Source: Macrostomum lignano (lineage: Eukaryota). From it: a stretch of DNA of 64,000 bases. The notes beneath the pieces were generated by a model. The model ran no database searches. It worked only from the letters and a program-made list of their open reading frames with translations, and was not told where the DNA came from. The stretch lies in assembly GCA_002269645.1 (NCBI GenBank), contig NIVC01001946.1, positions 155,304 through 219,303 on the forward strand, read 5' to 3'. Shown here piece by piece: positions 33,629 through 45,580 of this stretch; the first letter of the stretch is position 1, and the number at the start of each line of letters is the position of its first letter. The position numbers and the translations under genes were made by a program.

Positions 33629-36600
33629 CACAGACAGACAGACAGACAGACAGACACACAGACAGACAGACAGACACACAGACAGACAGACAGACACACA
33701 GACAGACAGACAGACACACAGACAGACAGACAGACACAAAGACAGACACACAGACAAGCAACAGGAACAGACTCCACCAGATAATCAATAAATTAAGAGC
33801 ACAACAAATTAGCCAATAGCAAGTAGCAGCACACAGACCAGTTGCCCATAACAGTGTAAGGGCTGGTCAGCCTCAGTGGGCACCAGTTCAATGTGGCCAG
33901 TGTGACCACCTGGCAGAGGGCCTGCGGCTGGGCGGACACTTCAGATGCGCCGCCACTCAATTTGACAGCTTCAAAGAAGCCGGCCTGGGGAGTGAGAAAG
34001 CTGGGCGACTGGCCCACACTGAGGTCTAAAAACATAATTTTTGATTTCTTTTTAGAGTTCTTCTTCTCTAAATTTTAACTTTTATAATTTTTACGAGTAG
34101 CAGATAACCAAAAATGTGCCCATTGTTTTTTTAAGACTTTGCTTTGACCAACAAATTGATTTCGAGTACAATGCTCACGGTAATTAGATGGCAACTGGTC
34201 TGTGTGCTCAATTAAACAAAATAAATATAAATAAACACCATGTAAATTAAAATGCGTTAGTAGGTTTTACTACTTGATTAGTCAAGTGAAATCACTAGAA
34301 AAAATTATTAGCAACGTTTAGCAATGAAGATTACTAAAACTACTTTATTATTTTTATTGATACATAGGTTTTTATCTACTTAAACTGTCTTATAAATCTG
34401 TCACTGATTCTTATCTACCTGCCCTGTAATTATCTACGTGTTATCTACCTGATATCTACCTGCCCTGTAATTATCTACGTGTTATCTACCTGATATCCAT
34501 CTGCCCTGTAACTATCTAACTAACTACATGCCCTGTAATTATCTCTCTAGATCTGCCCTGTAATTATCTCTCTAGATCTGCCCTGTAATTATCTCTCTAG
34601 ATCTGCCCTGTAATTATCTCTCTAGATCTGCCATGTAATTATCTCTCTAGATCTGCCCTGTAATTATCTCTCTAGATCTGCCATGTAATTATCTCTCTAG
34701 ATCTGCCCTGTAATTATCTCTCTAGATCTGCCATGTAATTATCTCTCTAGATCTGCCCTGTAATTATCTCTCTAGATCTGCCATGTAATTATCTCTCTAG
34801 ATCTGCCATGTAATTATCTCTCTAGATCTGCCATGTAATTATCTCTCTAGATCTGCCCTGTAATTATCTCTCTAGATCTGCCATGTAATTATCTCTCTAG
34901 ATCTGCCCTGTAATTATCTCTCTAGATCTGCCCTGTAATTATCTATCTATCTGCCCTGTAATTATCTCTCTAGATCTGCCCTGTAATTATCTATCTATCT
35001 GCCCTGTAATTATCTCTCTAGATCTGCCCTGTAATTATCTCTCTAGATCTGCCCTGTAATTATCTCTCTAGATCTGCCCTGTAATTATCTCTCTAGATCT
35101 GCCCTGTAATTATCTATCTATCTGCCCTGTAATTATCTCTCTAGATCTGCCCTGTAATTATCTATCTATCTGCCCTGTAATTATCTCTCTAGATCTGCCC
35201 TGTAATTATCTCTCTAGATCTGCCCTGTAATTATCTCTCTAGATCTGCCCTGTAATTATCTCTCTAGATCTGCCCTGTAATTATCTATCTATCTGCCCTG
35301 TAATTATCTCTCTAGATCTGCCCTGTAATTATCTATCTATCTGCCCTGTAATTATCTCTCTAGATCTGCCCTGTAATTATCTCTCTAGATCTGCCCTGTA
35401 ATTATCTCTCTAGATCTGCCCTGTAATTATCTACTTATCTGCCATGTAATTAATGATGCTGATCTATACCGAGTCTGTGATTATAGGAAAGCAAATAGCA
35501 AATTTCTACTACTCCGAATAAAAAATCTCACCAATTATAATTGCCAATAACGGCAATTGGTTGAGACTGTTTGCACCAGTCCACAGGCTGCTGCAACACA
35601 GTCTGCATTAAGCATTGCTTATTAACGTTATAATTATCGATAATGCTACGCCCGTTACCGACAGTGGGCGGAGAGTCGACTATCTCAAAACTGCCAACCT
35701 GTGGCACCAGATTAAGCGGATTTGAGCCGGGCTGATAGTCTGAGAGGCGAGAATATCATGGATATATATATATATATATATGTATTGCATCGATTGATAA
35801 AATACACTCACCCTACTAACAGTAGTGAAAAATCAAATCAAGGTATTGAAAAAATTCACGACGCCACAAAACCAGAATGTTTCAAAATTTGACTTCTCAA
35901 TGAATTCAAATTTAAATTTGTAGGTCAAAGCATAGCCTTAAGTAAGTTGAATTAAGTTACATTAATTTATGTTAAAACTGTTACAGTCATGGGATTGGGA
36001 TTCTGCAACTATGGGATTGGGATTCTGCAGTTATGGGATTGGGATTCTGCAGTTATGGGATTGGGATTCTGCAGTTATGGGATTGGGATTCTGCAGTTAT
36101 GGGATTGGGATTCTGCAGTTATGGGATTGGGATTCTACAACTATGGGATTGGGATTCTGCAGTTATGGGATTAGGATTCTGCAGTTATGGGATTGGGATT
36201 CTGCAGTTATGGGATTGGGATTCTGCAACTATGGGATTGGGATTCTGCAGTTATGGGATTGGGATTCTGCAGTTATGGGATTGGGATTCTGCAGTTATGG
36301 GATTGGGATTCTGCAGTTATGGGATTGGGATTCTACAACTATGGGATTGGGATTCTGCAGTTATGGGATTAGGATTCTGCAGTTATGGGATTGGGATTCT
36401 GCAGTTATGGGATTGGGATTCTGCAACTATGGGATTGGGATTCTGCAGTTATGGGATTGGGATTCTGCAGTTATGGGATTGGGATTCTGCAGTTATGGGA
36501 TTGGGATTCTGCAGTTATGGGATTGGGATTCTGCAGTTATGGGATTGGGATTCTGCAGTTATGGGATTGGGATTCTGCAGTTATGGGATTGGGATTCTGC

Positions 36601-39600
36601 AGTTATGGGATTGGGATTCTACAACTATGGGATTGGGATTCTGCAGTTATGGGATTAGGATTCTGCAGTTATGGGATTGGGATTCTGCAGTTATGGGATT
36701 GGGATTCTGCAGTTATGGGATTGGGATTCTGCAACTATGGGATTGGGATTCTGCAGTTATGGGATTGGGATTCTGCAGTTATGGGATTGGGATTCTGCAG
36801 TTATGGGATTGGGATTCTGCAGTTATGGGATTGGGATTCTGCAGTTATGGGATTGGGATTCTGCAGTTATGGGATTGGGATTCTGCAGTTATGGGATTGG
36901 GATTCTGCAGTTATGGGATTGGGAGTCTGCAACTATATGACTGGAATTCTGCAACTATATGATTGAGATTCTGCAACTATGGGATTAGGATTCTGCAACT
37001 ATGGGATTAGGATTCTGCAACTATGGGATTAGGATTCTGCAGTTATGGGAACAAGCTCTTAGGAGACATGACGTTTAATATATTATGTAACAAGCATTAA
37101 GGTACATTAAAAAAGATTTTATATTGTCAAAAACAGATTGACTTGAATATTATCTTACTCTGAAAATTGTCGCTATAAGGCAGAGGAAAGGGCTTCGATG
37201 GCGGAGGCTGAGAACGCTGGCCTTTAGTTGCCGTAGCAACTGTCGATAGAGTTACGACAACGTCAACATCGAGGAACAGAGTCAGTTGTCCAGATTTTAC
37301 CTGAAATTGAGATTAATTTGTTCTAATTACTGCTCGGGAGGGGTAGAGGTTGCCTGGTGAATGTACATTGGGGCTGATTGGCTCGGGAGGGGTAGAAGTT
37401 GGCTGGTGGATGTACATTGGGGCTGATTGGCTCGGGAGGGGTAGAAGTTGGCTGGTGGATGTACATTGGGGCTGATTGGCTCGGGAGGGGTAGAAGTTGG
37501 CTGGTGGATGTACATTGGGGCTGATTGGCTCGGGAGGGGTAGAAGTTGGCTAGCGGATGTACATTGGGGCTGATTGGCTCGGGAGGGGTAGAAGTTGGCT
37601 AGCGGATGTACACTGGCGCTGATTGGCTCGGGAGGGGTAGAAGTTGGCTAGCGGATGTACATTGGGGCTGATTGGCTCGGGAGGGGTAGAAGTTGACTAG
37701 CGGATGTACATTGGGGCTGATTGCTTTGATCTGTTGATAATAAAATCACACTACTTTTCTCACCTGCAACGGACTCTGTTTAACAAAATAAGTCGACGAA
37801 TCGCCTTTCTTATAGCTAAGAACGGACTTCCAATAATAAAGCTGAGTGATAGAAGCAAATGCGCCAGCCAGTTTGATGGTGACATTCTGCGGCTTCACAG
37901 TGTAAGGCGGCAGTGACGGCCTAATGCACTCGGAATGATCGTGACTCTGTGGGAAAATGAAATAGCAGTAATTATTATTGACTTGTTCTTTAATAAAGAG
38001 ATAAAATTGCAAACTACTCTACTTAAATAGTCTAATGAGTACGGTATCTCAAATATTTATGATCATTTTATGCTCAATAAAATTTCAAAGGGCAGAGTGT
38101 AGACGAAAAAAATCTACATTGTTTCGCTTTTCAAATTTTAGATTATCTTACAAGCAAACATACAAACCTTAGAGATTTAGTATATTTGGATTAACGCTAA
38201 AAATCTTATAAAAATGTTTCAACTACACTACTGAATGACGCAACAAGTAGTGTATGTAACATTTTATTGCTCAAACAGAAGTTGTAGCCTAGTGGTTAAA
38301 GCGTCGAACTCACGACTGAAAGGTCGGGGTTCGATTTCTCGACCTACTCAGAACAATTTGTGTCCCTGAGCAAGCAGCTGTAAAATTGGTGCCAGCATTA
38401 GCTGGGGTAATTCAGGGTGTGTGTGACGAGCCCCCAGTCCTTGGACTGAACAGCCGTACGCAGCTTTCAGATGCGCCGCGCAATAGCCGCAGCCTGAGCT
38501 GTCGGAACTTGCACAACTGCCCATTAGGACGGGTGTATTAAAAATTCTCGAAAGCTAAAAATTCAATTAAAATTACTAAAAAATAACGTTTTTAGCCTCA
38601 CCATAGTCTCAAATATAATCGTCAACTGTTTAGTATTAGAATCGGTCAGTCCAACATAGCTGCCCCCGCTAGGCAGCCTGCCAGAACCGCCGCCAACCGG
38701 TAGATAATACCAGCCCGGCAAAGCAAACTGACTAGTGTGGGCTGTCATCCAAAGCGGCCCAGTGACCTCGTAGTGACCCGACCAAGGCTCATTAGCGGTC
38801 ATTAGCGAGCAGCGTGGAAATGGCAAATTATCATAATAAGCCGCCACAAGATTCCAAGCAATGCTACTAGTCATGCCGCCATCAACAAAATTTCTATTCA
38901 GAATTCTGGCCCAGCAGCCGCTGCCGATGTCGTCATTGAATGTGCTGAAGTCTTCAGAGGCCCACAGCGGCTTGCCAGTACGTTTAGCTTCATCAGAGGA
39001 CAAAGTACCCGGGTAGTGAGCGCCCAGTGCGAAGGTGGCAGCGGCGAACTGGGGATCATTAAGTACATCGTGCGCCGGTCCCCAATCGCCGTCGCCAACA
39101 ACCAAACGGATGTTTTTAAAGCCGGCGTGATCTAAAACTGCCCTGAGCAGTCGGACGTACTCAACATCGTAGGCGCGCTCGTTCCAGATCTGTTAGTGAA
39201 AAATACAGAAATGTAAATATAGATCAGATTAAAATCTCCATTCGCAGATCCCCAGTAAATCAGATTGATATCCCTATTCGCAGATCCCCAATCAATCAGA
39301 TTAAAATCCCTATTCGCAGATCCCCAATCAATCAGACTGAAATCCCATTCACAGATCCCAATAAATCAGATTGAAATTCCATTCACAGATCCCAATAAAT
39401 CAGATTGAAATCCCAATTCACAGATCCCCAATAATTCAGATTGAAATCCCATTCACAGATCCCAATAAATCAGATTGAAATCCCAATTCACAGATCCCCA
39501 ATAAATCAGATTGAAATCCCATTCACAGATCCCAATAAATCAGATTGAAATCCCATTCACAGATCCCAATAAATCAGATTAAAATCCCAATTCACAGATC

Positions 39601-42117
39601 CCCAATCAATCAGACTGAAATCCCATTCACAGATCCCCAATAAATCAGATTGAAATCCCATTCACAGATCCCAATAAATCAGATTGAAATCCCAATTCAC
39701 AGATCCCCAATAAATCAGATTGAAATCCCATTCACAGATCCCAATAAATCAGATTGAAATCCCATTCACAGATCCCCAATAAATCAGATTGAAATCCCCA
39801 TTCACAGATCCCCAATAAATCAGATTAAAATCCCAATTCACAGATCCCCAATCAATCAGACTGAAATCTCATTCACAGATCCCCAGTCAATCAGACTGAA
39901 ATCCCATTCACAGATCCCAATAAATCAGATTGAAATCCCATTCACAGATCCCAATAAATCAGATTGAAATCCCATTCACAGATCCCAATAAATCAGATTG
40001 AAATCCCATTCACAGATCCCAATAAATCAGATTAAAATCCCAATTCACAGATCCCCAATCAATCAGACTGAAATCCCATTCACAGATCTCCAATAAATCA
40101 GATTGAAATCCCAATTCACAGATCCCCAATCAATCAGACTGAAATCCCATTCACAGATCTCCAGGATTTATTAACATTAAAACAAAGTTAAAGATAATAT
40201 AAAAAATAAAACTTACGCCAAGATAGTCTATGGTAAGGTTGTGATAATCCTTGGCTCCCTGAACCCATTTGAGCACGTACTTGGCAGTGAGGCTGGGATA
40301 ATTGTAGGGACTTGAAGTGCCATTGCCAACCCAGCCAGGGAAGGCCCATGGCAGCCCATACAGCGTGATGTTGGGATTTCGCTGCAAAAAGGTAGAGAAA
40401 ACACAACAAAATGTAAGTTTTTACATCCAAAAGTCAATTCTTGGTTACCTGAATTGGATTCATTAGTTACCCAAATGGGATTCTTGGTTACCAGAATGGG
40501 ATTCATTAGATACCCAAATGGGATTCTTGGTTACCTGAATGGGATTCATTAGTTACCCAAATGGGATTCTTGGTTACCAGAATGGGATTCATTAGATACC
40601 CAAATGGGATTCTTGGTTACCTGAATTGGATTCATTAGATACCCAAATGGGATTCTTGGTTACCTGAATTGGATTCATTAGTTACCCAAATGGGATTCTT
40701 GGTTACCTGAATGGGATTCATTAGTTACCCAAATGGGATTCTTGGTTACCTGAATTGGATTCATTAGTTACCCAAATGGGATTTTTTAGTTACCTGAATT
40801 GGATTCTTAGTTTACTTGAGATTCTTAATTAATTAGGGTTCTTAAAAAAATTAATTCAGCTAAACACCCCAACTTACCTTTTTGGCTTCCTTCATCAGCC
40901 ACCACTCATATCCTCGATTATAATTCAAATCCCAGCTATGATGCATGTGTGATGCCTCTGTGCCCTCAGTACTCTGCGAGTCGCCACCAATCTCAACTTT
41001 CAACATGTGCAATGAGGCACCAAAGTTGGGCTATAAAATGAAAAAAATGTAGTAATATACAATTTACTTACTGAAAGTAGAAAAAACTAAGTTAATAATG
41101 TAATTAATTTTTAAAAATCATGTTTTTATTTTTGATTGCTTACCAAGAAGAGGTAATCCAAAATTTGATCTCGCTGATTTTGTGGATAGTTTTGCAACAG
41201 TTTGGATGTTGCCTGAAAACAAAGAATAAAATACCAATATGAATTGATAAATAATACATACAAGTCTCTATGTAATTATACTAATATAACATTCAATACT
41301 ATATTATACATACTTATTTTATATATCATAAAAGAAAACAACATATTTATCTCTATACATTTAACTATTGAAAACTAGCTTTAGCAAACATATAGATAGA
41401 ATTAAATAGTAAATAAATAATTAAATAAATATTAACAAATATTAATAAATATTTTAATTTATTAAATAAATATAAATAAGTAAATAAATAATTAAATAAT
41501 CAATTAAATAATTAAGTTAGAGACAACAATTAATTTAATTATTTCTACTTTAAAAAAGCATATAAATAAATATTTTATTTAAGTGATATAATTTTTTATT
41601 TTAATATAAACTTATGTGTTCTAAATTTAATTTCAATGTAAAAGTTTAGTATTAATGATAAATCTAGTTAATAAATTAATAAATTATTAATAAATTATTT
41701 AATGGTAAATGATTTCACTATTCATGCATCTATATATAAATAATAAAACATGAACATGATGTAACTTGGGAAGTTGAGTGATTAGATTGTAGTAAAGTAT
41801 TTGGGCTTGTGTGTGGCCTATGCTATGGTTGTATAATGGGTACAGTGCTCTGTGCTAAAAATATGCAAAACATTTGAATTAATTAAATACTAAAAAATAT
41901 AACAATATAGCCTTCCCTTCACCCTCCAGGTACAAATTAAGTAAAAACTTACACCTCCTCCACTGATGGCTCCAATGCCATAAAACATCGAGGCAGCATT
42001 TTTGATAACTGATTCATCACTGATGCGAATCTTAGAGTTGAACTTGTTTTCAAAACTCAGATGGATACTGTGACAAGAAGCGAAAAATAGCGCCAAAAAT
42101 ATTATGGCTGACTTCAT
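31931..42117 (-). CDS. GALC: galactocerebrosidase (GH59), 11 exons, 728 aa: 42117-41953, 41212-41144, 41030-40878, 40381-40217, 39189-38602, 37946-37764, 37300-37159, 35739-35532, 33409-33240, 33117-33041, 32197-31931
   Basis: All introns GT-AG with consistent phases (2187 nt in total). Signal peptide, [44 protein letters not shown], acid/base WNE, nucleophile [24 protein letters not shown]-terminal lectin-like domain. Confidence 0.95.
32255..33018. repeat. about 37-bp intronic minisatellite (CCTGATGCTTCAGTGAGTTGTCAC core)
   Basis: About 20 units in the last GALC intron. Confidence 0.9.
33540..33755. repeat. (GACA)n microsatellite
   Basis: Direct reading. Confidence 0.95.
33830..34035 (+). 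mobile_element. possible SINE-related fragment
   Basis: GC-rich island in an AT-rich intron sharing TTCAGATGCGCCGC (33950-33963) with the SINE at 38466-38479. Confidence 0.35.
34410..35450. repeat. 25-bp minisatellite CTGCCCTGTAATTATCTCTCTAGAT (21-bp variants)
   Basis: About 40 units. Confidence 0.92.
35988..37050. repeat. 22-bp minisatellite GGGATTGGGATTCTGCAGTTAT
   Basis: About 48 units. Confidence 0.95.
37332..37722. repeat. 49-bp minisatellite
   Basis: About 8 units, period 49 (37381 to 37430). Confidence 0.9.
38281..38545 (+). mobile_element. tRNA-derived SINE
   Basis: A box TAGCCTAGTGGTTAAAGCG, B box/T-arm CGGGGTTCGATTTCTCG, then GTGTCCCTGAGCAAG and a TGTAAAATTGGTGCCAGC body. No acceptor stem or clean anticodon arm, so not a tRNA gene. 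Confidence 0.7.
39230..40165. repeat. 34-36-bp minisatellite AAATCAGATTGAAATCCCATTCACAGATCCCAAT
   Basis: About 26 units. Confidence 0.92.
40420..40810. repeat. 43-bp minisatellite
   Basis: About 9 units. Confidence 0.88.
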
Positions 42118-43436
42118 TTTAAATTTAATTTACTACTTCACAAGCTAAGAACTAGCACTACCACTACCACCTGATCACTGCCATGTATTTAGCATAGGAC
42201 AGTATAGACCGATTCTCGATTCTCTTCTTCCTCGATCATGAGAATTAGGCAGTGACCACGAAGTCAAATCATTAGACTTTGTTATCTCATTGAAAAAATT
42301 TTTTTAAGCTAAATACTTCGAAATATTAAATATAATTTTTTAAAAATTTTAAACGCTACAGGTACAATCTGATCACGCAAAATCAAACAGTTCTTTGAAA
42401 TGTTTGTTTATATGTTTAAATCTTCCGTAAACGTATTTAACTCTGAGGTGCGAAGATTTTTTATTACACACAGTATGTTGGAGTTGCGTGTCTTTTTTAT
42501 GTCTATATTCTAAAAAGCTCCAGCATGATGAAGAAAAAGGAAGCAATGGGCATATCAATACCTTTGTTCTCCCAATCACTTTTCTGAGAAAAAACTTTAG
42601 TTAATATATATACTGTAGAAGCAAAAACACAATAACGAAGAAATTACACTCAGAAGGTGCTAGAATGGAACCTGAAGCCCGGCTCCAGACCGACCAAAAC
42701 AAACAGACTGAAATCGATAACTGATCGGGGCTACACGTTAACAACTACAATCACCGAGATTCACACAGTGCGCACCAAACCCATGCGCCATGTAAACATT
42801 TACAGCAAGACTATCAGAAATGTTGATATTTTAATTCGCAATGTTGACATGATGAGGACGCACTTTTTCCCAAATCCCGCGCTAGCACATGGGCTCTAAA
42901 CTTACTTGCCTACTAACAGTGGGCAGTGGGCATTTTTATCCTTTTTCTGCGAATTTTCATAGAATTTATACTAGATATAATGTCTGGCCATACTAGTAGT
43001 CATAATAGCATAGGCGCAGCTTTTTGGGTCATAAATCATCGCTTTCGAAGCTGATCTGACAGCCACCTGCGCCTCACTCAGTGTTGAAGCGGGCGCCAGA
43101 TGGTCTGAGAGGATGCGGGCGGTAGCTTTTTTCTCATCATTTTGACAGGCCATCAAGATTTATGAGGTCAGAGCCTATTGTTCGGATTCACTCAAGCGTG
43201 TGACAGCTTTGACAGCTATGCGTTGTACCCCTAAAAGTACCTTGGGATTAGCGATTAGCGATTTCTCTTCATTATCTTCACTTTCTATTTAATAAGAGCT
43301 TTCTAATGTATATTTTTTCATTAATTTCTGTCAATCCTACGCGAAAAGTCATAAATCATTTTGTTGCAATTTTGAGTGATTTATGGCCGCACCTGTCATC
43401 TTTTTACGACCCTGTGGGAACTGATAGGATCTCTCG

Positions 43437-43570
43437 GTCACGTGATTCTGGGTAGCAACGAGCTTAGCCAATCAGAAAATTCGGCGCTCATTTTAACAAA
43501 ACGGCTCAGCCAATCAGAATCGACGTGTTCCGTTATAACAAACTGCGGTCCAGTTGGCGGCTATTTAAAC
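43437..43570 (+). promoter_or_regulatory. Pol II promoter-like cluster: GTCACGTGA E-box, two AGCCAATCAG CCAAT boxes, TATTTAAA
   Basis: Motifs read directly at about 43437, 43467, 43508 and 43562, between the divergent GALC and lectin starts. Confidence 0.45.
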
Positions 43571-45580
43571 CGGAGTTTTTGGCCCGCTCGGACGCAACTT
43601 CTTCTTACTTTGGCTCGGGCCCAGCGCGCAACTTCTGGTTCCCGGAGCACGACCGTCGTTTCTTGATCCCCGGATTGCAACTTCCCCCATCATCATCAAG
43701 GACGAGTCCCCCGGTCGACAGCAGCGAACATCCAGTTAAGAGCATCACCTGCTAGCTAACAGCGAAGATTGTGACAGCATCATCCCGAGTCTACAGCTGC
43801 AGAGCATCGAGCCGATTCGGTCACTGTGTAATACCTGGTCTCCGGCTGTTGAGTTTCTGATTGGTTGGGTGAGAGGCTACCTAGACTTGCTTGATTGGGT
43901 GATCCCTTTTCTGTCCCCTGTTGCAGTAGCTGAATTAGGCGCACGCTTTTGCTCATTTTGTTCAGTAGTGCTGTTGCTGAGGCAGGAATCATTCAATAAT
44001 ACTGCCAGTAGTCTAAGACTCCAATTCGATCTAAAGTGTGAAGTGAATTAAGAAGAAGGTTAAATCTAACAGTTATCTTTGTCGGCTTTATTTCTTTGTT
44101 CGCCGATGGCTCAGATGAGTAGCTAAGCTAGTAGGCGCCGGTCACAGTGGACCAATGGCAAGGCAGTTCTCAGTCGACCAATCTAACAAATCAGTGAGCA
44201 AAACTGCCAAAAGTGCAGAATCGGCGCCAGAGATGTACTTTGTGCACTCTAGGGTAGCCAAGCGGCTCGGGTAAATGAATCATGCGGTCTCTGAAGTTCG
44301 AGTTAGCCTATCATCAGCGCTATGAGAGGCTAGTTGGCGCGTTGAAGGCTAAAAGTACATATCTTCGTATTTAGCAATGTAATAGTACATGTAGCTACCC
44401 CATAGACTCGCCACCGCAAGAATCCCCTGCACAAGTCCCCTCTGTACCTGCATGGCCAACGCGATCTAGTCCCAGCAGTGTCCCTTATCATCGGCTATGA
44501 CTTCGAGATTGACAGCAAAAAGACACTAGTTGGCAGGTAAGTGCAAAGCCCCTTCTAGTCGGAAGCCCGATTTCGAGAGTCCCGGTGTGGTGAGCCAGGG
44601 CGCACGGGCTGGTGGCAGCAGGTTAGTTGATCTGCGGATTAGCTAATTTCTACTTTCAAAATTCTCCCTGCTCGTCTCTCGCTGTCCCTCTCTTAGCTAT
44701 AGGACCTAGACTGCTCGCCACACGATCAAGCTACCATGGGGCTGACCATCTGACAGGAGTGGGGGGCCAGGACTCTAATTGATTTATTTCTGAGCCTGAG
44801 GCCTGAAGGCTTCCCTAACAAGGAGCCCGAAGGTCGAAACCCATCAGACATATGAACCTTTTACTTTACTTTACTTTACCTTATATTATACTTTTTGCTT
44901 CATTCAAGTGTGGCAATATGTTCCGCCAATTAAATTCGAACTTGCATCGATTTTCGACATTGAAATCGACATTGAAAAATCTCCAAGCCAACACATTCAA
45001 ATCAGGAAAATTTCTGATCAAAATTTTAGCTCGTAGAGATTGAACATCGAAGTAGATAGACGTGTGAGTTTACCCTCAAATGGATTTCTGGCTAAAATAT
45101 GTGCTGCTATTTTAATACATAATGAGAAAATTCCATCAATAATATTGCATGACGTAGTTCGTATTTAGTACTGGCGCTCTGGTACTCTCTGAAGGGTGAT
45201 CGACAAAGAAGCATGATGAATGCGATGACTTGAAAGTCTGGCTTCTAAGAGTCTAACAGAGTGAGACTGAGAAGCCTGCCTTATCCGTCAAATGCACAAT
45301 TATCAAATTATAAAATTATCAAATGCACAAGAAAATTTTTCTAACAAGTTTTATACATGTAAATGGGGGCGCAAGCTGGGCCAACCACTGAGAATAGTTG
45401 AGCTTGCGGAGTACGTGAAACCAAGGACCACATCAGAATCATCAAGGAAAACAAACAGATGTGGCATGGGGGTTGGGAGCCTATTTATAAGTCTGACTGC
45501 CTCCGAGTCATCTTTGCAAGACTTGCATGCCAAACTTACAAAATCATGCGCTTCTAAATTACTGCTTTGGCCAAGAAGAC

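Noticed and set aside
38281-38345. Possible tRNA gene
   Set aside because: A and B boxes are present but no acceptor stem or proper anticodon arm, and it continues into a SINE-like body.
44790-44850. Hammerhead-like string CTAACAAGGAGCCCGAAGGTCGAAACCCATC
   Set aside because: Core is mutated (CTAACAA instead of CTGANGA) and stems I and III do not pair; at most a decayed PLE end.
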